DNA of 63,868 nucleotides, filler included, from Perkinsus olseni (Eukaryota): NCBI GenBank assembly GCA_013115125.1. It is 6 parts of 6 records of this genome, joined end to end, with 100 filler letters (N's around TTAATTAATTAA, not from the genome) between each part and the next. Parts side by side here need not be neighbours in the genome. Positions count along the whole stretch, not along the records: positions 57,645 to 63,868 come from JABANN010001113.1; 5 more parts are not named here. One strand, 5' to 3'. Shown piece by piece: positions 57,645 to 63,868 of this stretch (position 1 is its first letter; each line of letters starts with the position of its first letter). The notes under the pieces were generated by a model. It saw only the letters and a program-made list of their open reading frames with translations, ran no database searches and was not told where the DNA came from. The position numbers and the translations under genes were made by a program.

Positions 57645-59794
57645 CAGGGCTTATAATTATAGGTAATATTACTACATAATTAGGTATTTACCATTATATG
57701 ATTTATTAGATATTTAAATAAAAGTATATATGATGATATAATAAAGAGATGGTCTATATATTGATATTAATATAATCTATAGGTTTATTATGGATTTAAT
57801 ATATATTTAAATATATAATATAGTTATTAGTACATGATATTAGATAGAATAATATTATTATAACCCATATCAATAAAGATATATATATATTATTGTTTAC
57901 TAAGGTATGGTATTAATATAATATCCTTATTATTTATAAACCAATAGTATATATAATATAGAGAGTTAAATAAAGATATAATAATATACTATGGGTATCT
58001 ATGGAGATACTATTAATTATAATATCCTTTATAATATATTAACTTATAATATAAATAACATATATTTACTAGTTAGTATACTTTATATCTATGTATTATT
58101 ATTTACTTTATATATCTATAGTAATAAATATAACTATAATCTATCTAGTTGGATAAAGAGATAAAACCAGAGAATTAGTTATTAAATTTATACTTTATAT
58201 GGGCACTGGGCACTAAATAATAATAAGATGATTAGTATATATAAATAGTAAAGTGCCCAGTATATATATTATATTATATTCATTAGTAATATAGATATAT
58301 AATATACTCTAACTATATAAGGTTATATAAATTATTATAATATAGTAATATTATGTCTATTAATATATATATAAGGATTAGATTACTAAGGTATTAATAT
58401 AATGTACTATTAATAATATATTAGATAGTTAATACCAGTGATAAATATATATATTTAGTAATTATTAATACTTTATCTATCTAGATATATATAGATTAGG
58501 GATTATTTATTAGTAATTAAATACCATATATTAATACATTATAGATATATATATAAATAGTATTATATAAAATACCTTGTTTTATCTCCATAGTCTCCAT
58601 ATTTATTAATATTTATAATATAATATATACTTTATAGTGTATTTTATAGGTATTTTATATATAAATCTAATCTAAATATCACATATCTATAATATATACT
58701 TTAGATATAATCTATTTAATTAAATATAATATTATAAGTATTTTTATCTCTATGTAATACCTTAATTATATCTTAATCTAGTTTATATACTATGGAGGGA
58801 TAGATTTATATATTATTAATTAATAAGGTATTAGATTATTAAGATACAATATAGTTTATCTCCATAGAACAGCATGCAATATTTATACTTATACTATATA
58901 TTATATTATGTTAATGCATGCTGTATATATATTATTATGGTCTATAAATATATAATATGGTGTTATCTTATAATATATTATAAATGCCTATAGTATACCC
59001 CTCCATAGTGTAATATTATAATAATCTATAATTAATAATATGCTATTTTCATTATATTTCATTCTATTAATAATCATATTAAATTCATATAAATTATTAC
59101 TGTTAATATAGTATTATATAGATATAGATATTATTGACTAGGGCTATATATTATCATAATATTACCTATTTATACCATTATTATTATTTTATTCCAATAT
59201 AAATTATTCATATTATTATAGTATTTATTATTATATTATACTATATCATAAAGTATTAGTATATAATTATGTCTATATATAAATATATTATATTAAGGTA
59301 TAAATAATACTATATTATATTGAAAGGGCATATATAAATATATTAGGTTTATACCCATAAAGATATTAATTAGTATATAATAAGATAACCCCCCATAGAT
59401 AAATAGTATTTATTATTAATTATATATTAGTATATTACTAGATAACAATATTATATATAATCTTATATTTCATCTCCATACTTTATTTATTAATATATGT
59501 ACATTATAAATATATACCTATAGTGGGTTATTCTATCAAAATATACTTATAATAATAACTAATATAAATAATAATAATTATTAATATAAAGAATTCATTG
59601 TATTTATCTATACTTTATGATATGTTATGGTATAATTATATATTTAAATATTACTATTTTATGATATTATACACTATTCCCTAAGTATATATTTAAGGTT
59701 TACTATTATTTATTATTATATGGGTATAGAGTATAATATATTATGTTATATTTATAGATATTATATAGTACCATATTATAGATTATATTATATA

Positions 59795-59885
59795 TTTAGA
59801 TATAGATAAGCTGACATGGAGGTACTAATAATTTATATTCTTAAGAGCAGATATATAATATTTAACCTATTATCCCCTGTTTATA
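59795..59885 (-). rRNA. Mitochondrial LSU rRNA fragment, peptidyl-transferase region (LSUF-like; E. coli 23S ~2440-2515); ends approximate
   Basis: The minus strand reads ACAGGGGATAATAGGTTAAA-...-TATTAGTACCTCCATGTCAGCTTATC. This matches CCGGGGAUAACAGGCUGAUA ... GUUUGGCACCUCGAUGUCGGCUCAUC with a 39-nt spacing versus 38. The CUCCAUG variant is the form I recall from apicomplexan mt LSUF. Confidence 0.88.
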
Positions 59886-61369
59886 TATTATTAAAATTAT
59901 AGGATATATTTACATTATATTTATAATATGTACTAATATTACTAGTAATCTATATTTATATCTGTACCTGCATATTAATAATATAAGATATATAGTATAA
60001 ATAAATATATAATGCAGGTACTTTATCTCCATACTATACTTTATAGACATATTATATTATTAGGTATCAGATAAGATATAATATAATTAATAATATAACT
60101 AAATATACATATACCCAACATATATATATAGTCATCTAAGATTATGGGTATATATATGATATCTTATATTTATAGGTAAATTATGTTATTAGTAATCTAT
60201 GTCCATGGGCCTATTAAATAATAATAATATAATATATAAAATAAACTATTGCCCATGGACTATATAAATATATATATATAATTTATGGATCTAATAGATA
60301 ATATAAACCTGATATCCCATAAATACAGTATTTATTACCATATGATTACTATATAATTTATATAAGTATGATACTATAATTATAATATGATATTATTATT
60401 AATAATAGATAGAATTATATGGTATTATAATAAATATAGATATAATTATAATGTAATACAAGAATATGAATAATATAGAATTAAATATACCATATAATGA
60501 TAAATAACATAAAATAGATACTTTATAAATATAATATATATAGGATTAGTTTATATTATTATCATATTAAAGGGATATATTAGTATGATATTGTACCCTA
60601 TTATATATATTATGTAATTATTTTATATACTTAATTCTATATAGATATATACACCCAATATTAGGATATTATATAATAAATATTGATAAGGCCCTTTAAT
60701 ATTATATGGGGGTGTAAATATAGATATATAATTACTAATACACCCCATATTCTTATCTCTATATTATGCCCCTATAATGTATTATACTATATATAAACTT
60801 ATTATTAATAAGGGGCATATCTATAGGTTACTATATATTTAATATAACCATGGAATCATAGTAATAAATATAATACTTATCCCATATTATAGCTAGTATA
60901 TAAGATCATTATATAACTTCTATTATAATAAATAATTACTTTAATATATAATATTACTAGTATATCTATATATTACTTATATTATCTACATCACTATCCA
61001 TATTTATATTCATATTATTATTACTATTAATTTTATATATAATAATCTATACCCAACCACTAAATAAATATATATATAATGTATACTATTACTAATAATA
61101 TGTGGTTGGGATTATAATATAGGATACATTTATATATAAATCATCATATGATAATAAATCCTTAGTATATGTATATAATAGTTAGATTAATGTATGGTAT
61201 ATCTTATTACTATATATAATATTTATATATAAATATCAAGATATTATACTTATGATATAGGATTACCTTTATTAGATAATTACTTAGATTATTATAGATT
61301 ATATAATATCAAGTATTTTATCAGATATTGGTATGGATAAACAGTAAATTATGATTTATTTGTTAATAA

Positions 61370-61420
61370 TGATTATTTATTGCATGCCTATAACCATGGA
61401 ATGACATTAGATATCGTATA
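61370..61420 (+). rRNA. Possible mitochondrial SSU rRNA fragment (helix 34 5' strand)
   Basis: TATTGCATGCCT (61378-61389) resembles 16S GCUGCAUGGCU (~1050-1060) and has no hairpin partner nearby. The match is short. Confidence 0.35.
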
Positions 61421-63868
61421 TATATATCTTTAGCCCTGGAAACTAATAATATTTATATATAAATATAGCAGGGCTAGTAATAAGGTCATAAATATATATT
61501 TAAGGTAACCACTAGTATATGTATATATTTAGTATAATCATTAATTATAATATAGATAAACCCCATAGGAATATTATATTATTAATATCTATAGATAGCA
61601 TATTATATTACCTCCAGGGTGTATATTTATTTATATTAATAATCATATATTTACTATTATTACACCCTGGTATTATTATATTTCATATTAATATTAATTT
61701 CATATTATTTATATTTAATTAAAACTATATGTATATCTTTATAATTATACTTATTATTATATCTTATTATCAATAAATACCAATAAATATTATCTAATAA
61801 TATATTTATCCTTTATTATTCTATTTTATATTATAATAATATCATAAATAATCATATATTACATAAATATCACTATAATTTATATCTATCTATATTTTAT
61901 TCTATATATTTATTTCTAGTTTATTTATTCTATTATAATATTCTTTATAAATTATCTTTATCTAATTATTAATTCTAACTTTATATTCTATTAAAACTAT
62001 ATATATATATCTATATTTAAGGGTGTATTACTATATATTAATCTATATATATCTAGATGGTATAATAATATCTATATTTAGTAATAATTATAATTATAAT
62101 TATCCTATAGTTAATATCTATCATTATTTATATCTAGTGAATTCATATATATATTCATTTACTATTCTAATATTATTTCATATAATTATAAATAGGTAAT
62201 ATTATTAAGAGATAAAACACCTTGCTTTGTTATTAATAATTTAACTATATATATAATATTTTATTAGCAAGGTGTATATAGTGTTATTATCTTATAATAT
62301 TTATAAAGGTATTTAATTAATATATTATTATACCAGTAAACCATACTTATATATATAGGATTACTTATCATTAGATTTAATACTAACTATAGGGAATATT
62401 ATAATAAAATATATCATTATTAATATTTAATAGAATATATATGTTTATATTATTAATATTATACTCACTATTATATAGTTTATCAATAAATATATTATAT
62501 ATTATCTTAGATAGTCTATGGATAGATAATACCATATATAGATATATTAGATTATAATAAATATGATACCATAGAAATTAATAAGATAAATATAAGTATT
62601 TTAATGAATATATGGATATTATGATATATTGATATGTAAATTAAGGTATTATATTATATAGTATATTATAAATAGATCTAACCATCATTATAAGGTAAAT
62701 ACCACCTTTATAGATATAAGATAACAAATAAGGTCTATGGAGATTACTATTAATATTTTATCTAACAACACCTTTATATATTTATTTATATAAATATAGG
62801 TGTTGTATTAATATCCATAATTGATAAATATATTAATTATCATTATATATATTCCCTTATTTATTACTAGGATTACATTATCTATAATATTGGGTACATA
62901 CTATTTATTAACATATTTATAGGTATATTATTAGTATTATGTTAATATATTATAATATTAGATATTACTATGATAACCTATGGCCAATACTATATATTAA
63001 TAATTATATTTATAAACATATTATATATCATAAATACTATATGGAGTACTAACTAGATATATATGAATATCAATAATATAACATATACATAAATAATATA
63101 TTAATAATAAGGTATATACCTATAGTATTTATGGGCCTAATATTACAGTATTGATCTTATATATATAAATAACTATATCTTGATAATATATATATATATG
63201 GTATTTAGTAATCTATGTACTTTATGGTATTATCCCATCATATATAACTAGATATTATTAATCATAAATAGTATAAAGATATAATAGGTATATTACTAAT
63301 TAGATATTATTACCCATGGATACCTATATTAAATATATAATATTAAGTATAAATATATAAGGTATATATCAATAAAGTATATATATATGTTATATCTCCA
63401 TATTTAATATATAGGTAATTATATATCGATAGGCTATTTATATCCTAATATTATATATATATATACTAGATACCTATAATAATATAATACCATAAAGTAC
63501 TATATAAATCTATATTGATAAAAGGGCATTATAAATCTAGTTAGGGCCCTAATATAAGGATATATACCCTCTAGATGATATTATTGATAATATGTCCTAT
63601 ATTATATAGTGATCTAATGATGGATAAATACCAGATAAAACTATATATAATATAATAATTACAATAAGATATACTATTAGGCCTTTATTCATTAATAGTA
63701 TTTATATTAATATGGCCTCCTAGTATATAAACCTATATTTATAATAATACTATATTAAGGGAGGCCATATAATAATAATTATTAGTATAAATCTATATAA
63801 TATTATACCATAACATATTATATATTAACTTAATAATATTAGTGATCAATACCATATAGTTATTCTTA

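Larger units (their letters stand above)
58205..63770. repeat. Array of at least 12 sequence-unique GC-rich stem-loops
   Basis: 58205-58261, 58869-58924, 59964-60021, 60201-60260, 60704-60750, 60765-60819, 61052-61110, 61431-61476, 61614-61670, 62217-62275, 62765-62806 and 63710-63770. Confidence 0.92.
57645..63868. other. Mitochondrial DNA contig (myzozoan type), mostly non-coding
   Basis: Abrupt switch to extreme AT richness, almost no CpG, dense short inverted repeats and an isolated LSU rRNA fragment. No long ORF. Confidence 0.85.

Noticed and set aside
59040-59700. Possible cox3 (MLFSLYF, FHLH and LYDMLW fragments)
   Set aside because: The fragments are in different frames with many stops and could not be joined by the known AGG/CCC-type frameshifts. 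The hydrophobic look follows from AT richness.
61519-61722. 67-aa ORF in the AT-rich contig
   Set aside because: Compositional artefact spanning a hairpin, with no cox or cob motif.
57645-63868. RIP-mutated fungal repeat, or a CRISPR-like array
   Set aside because: CCAT/ATGG are abundant, unlike RIP products, and an rRNA fragment is present. The repeats are inverted and unique, not direct repeats with spacers.

Overview
This is eukaryotic DNA and not one locus. Six unrelated contigs are joined by identical 100-bp linkers (N44-TTAATTAATTAA-N44): 1-11520, 11621-23121, 23222-34692, 34793-46136, 46237-57544 and 57645-end. Contigs 1-5 are gene-dense nuclear DNA with many ~50-nt introns. The gene content and the rRNA signature in contig 6 point to a myzozoan alveolate, most likely Perkinsus (inference). 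Nuclear genes include a tetraspanin-like protein, an EF-hand protein, an uncharacterised GDGSTPRT protein and an FHA-RING E3. There is also a secreted double-NHL-propeller mucin, two tandem MDR oxidoreductases, a bestrophin and a duplicated, decaying Leu/Arg/Pro tRNA cluster. The rest are an A1 aspartic protease, ATG3, an S10 carboxypeptidase and three head-to-tail RAD16-like SNF2-RING ATPases. The strongest unexplained nuclear signal is a recurring 22-bp scar of the form T(1-7)+revcomp(T)+T(2-8) for an 8-mer T. It is exact at six sites and has long-armed or degenerate variants. This is the geometry expected from hairpin-mediated hAT excision, and a 68-bp hAT MITE with an 8-bp TSD is present in the window. 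One scar frameshifts a RAD16 paralogue and another rewrites a splice donor. Contig 6 is extremely AT-rich mitochondrial DNA. It carries a fragmented LSU rRNA piece (LSUF-like) with U at the otherwise highly conserved C2452. It also carries an array of at least 12 sequence-unique GC-rich hairpins, most with 9-11 bp stems and 36-41 nt loops. Multi-exon gene boundaries were read by eye and are approximate.
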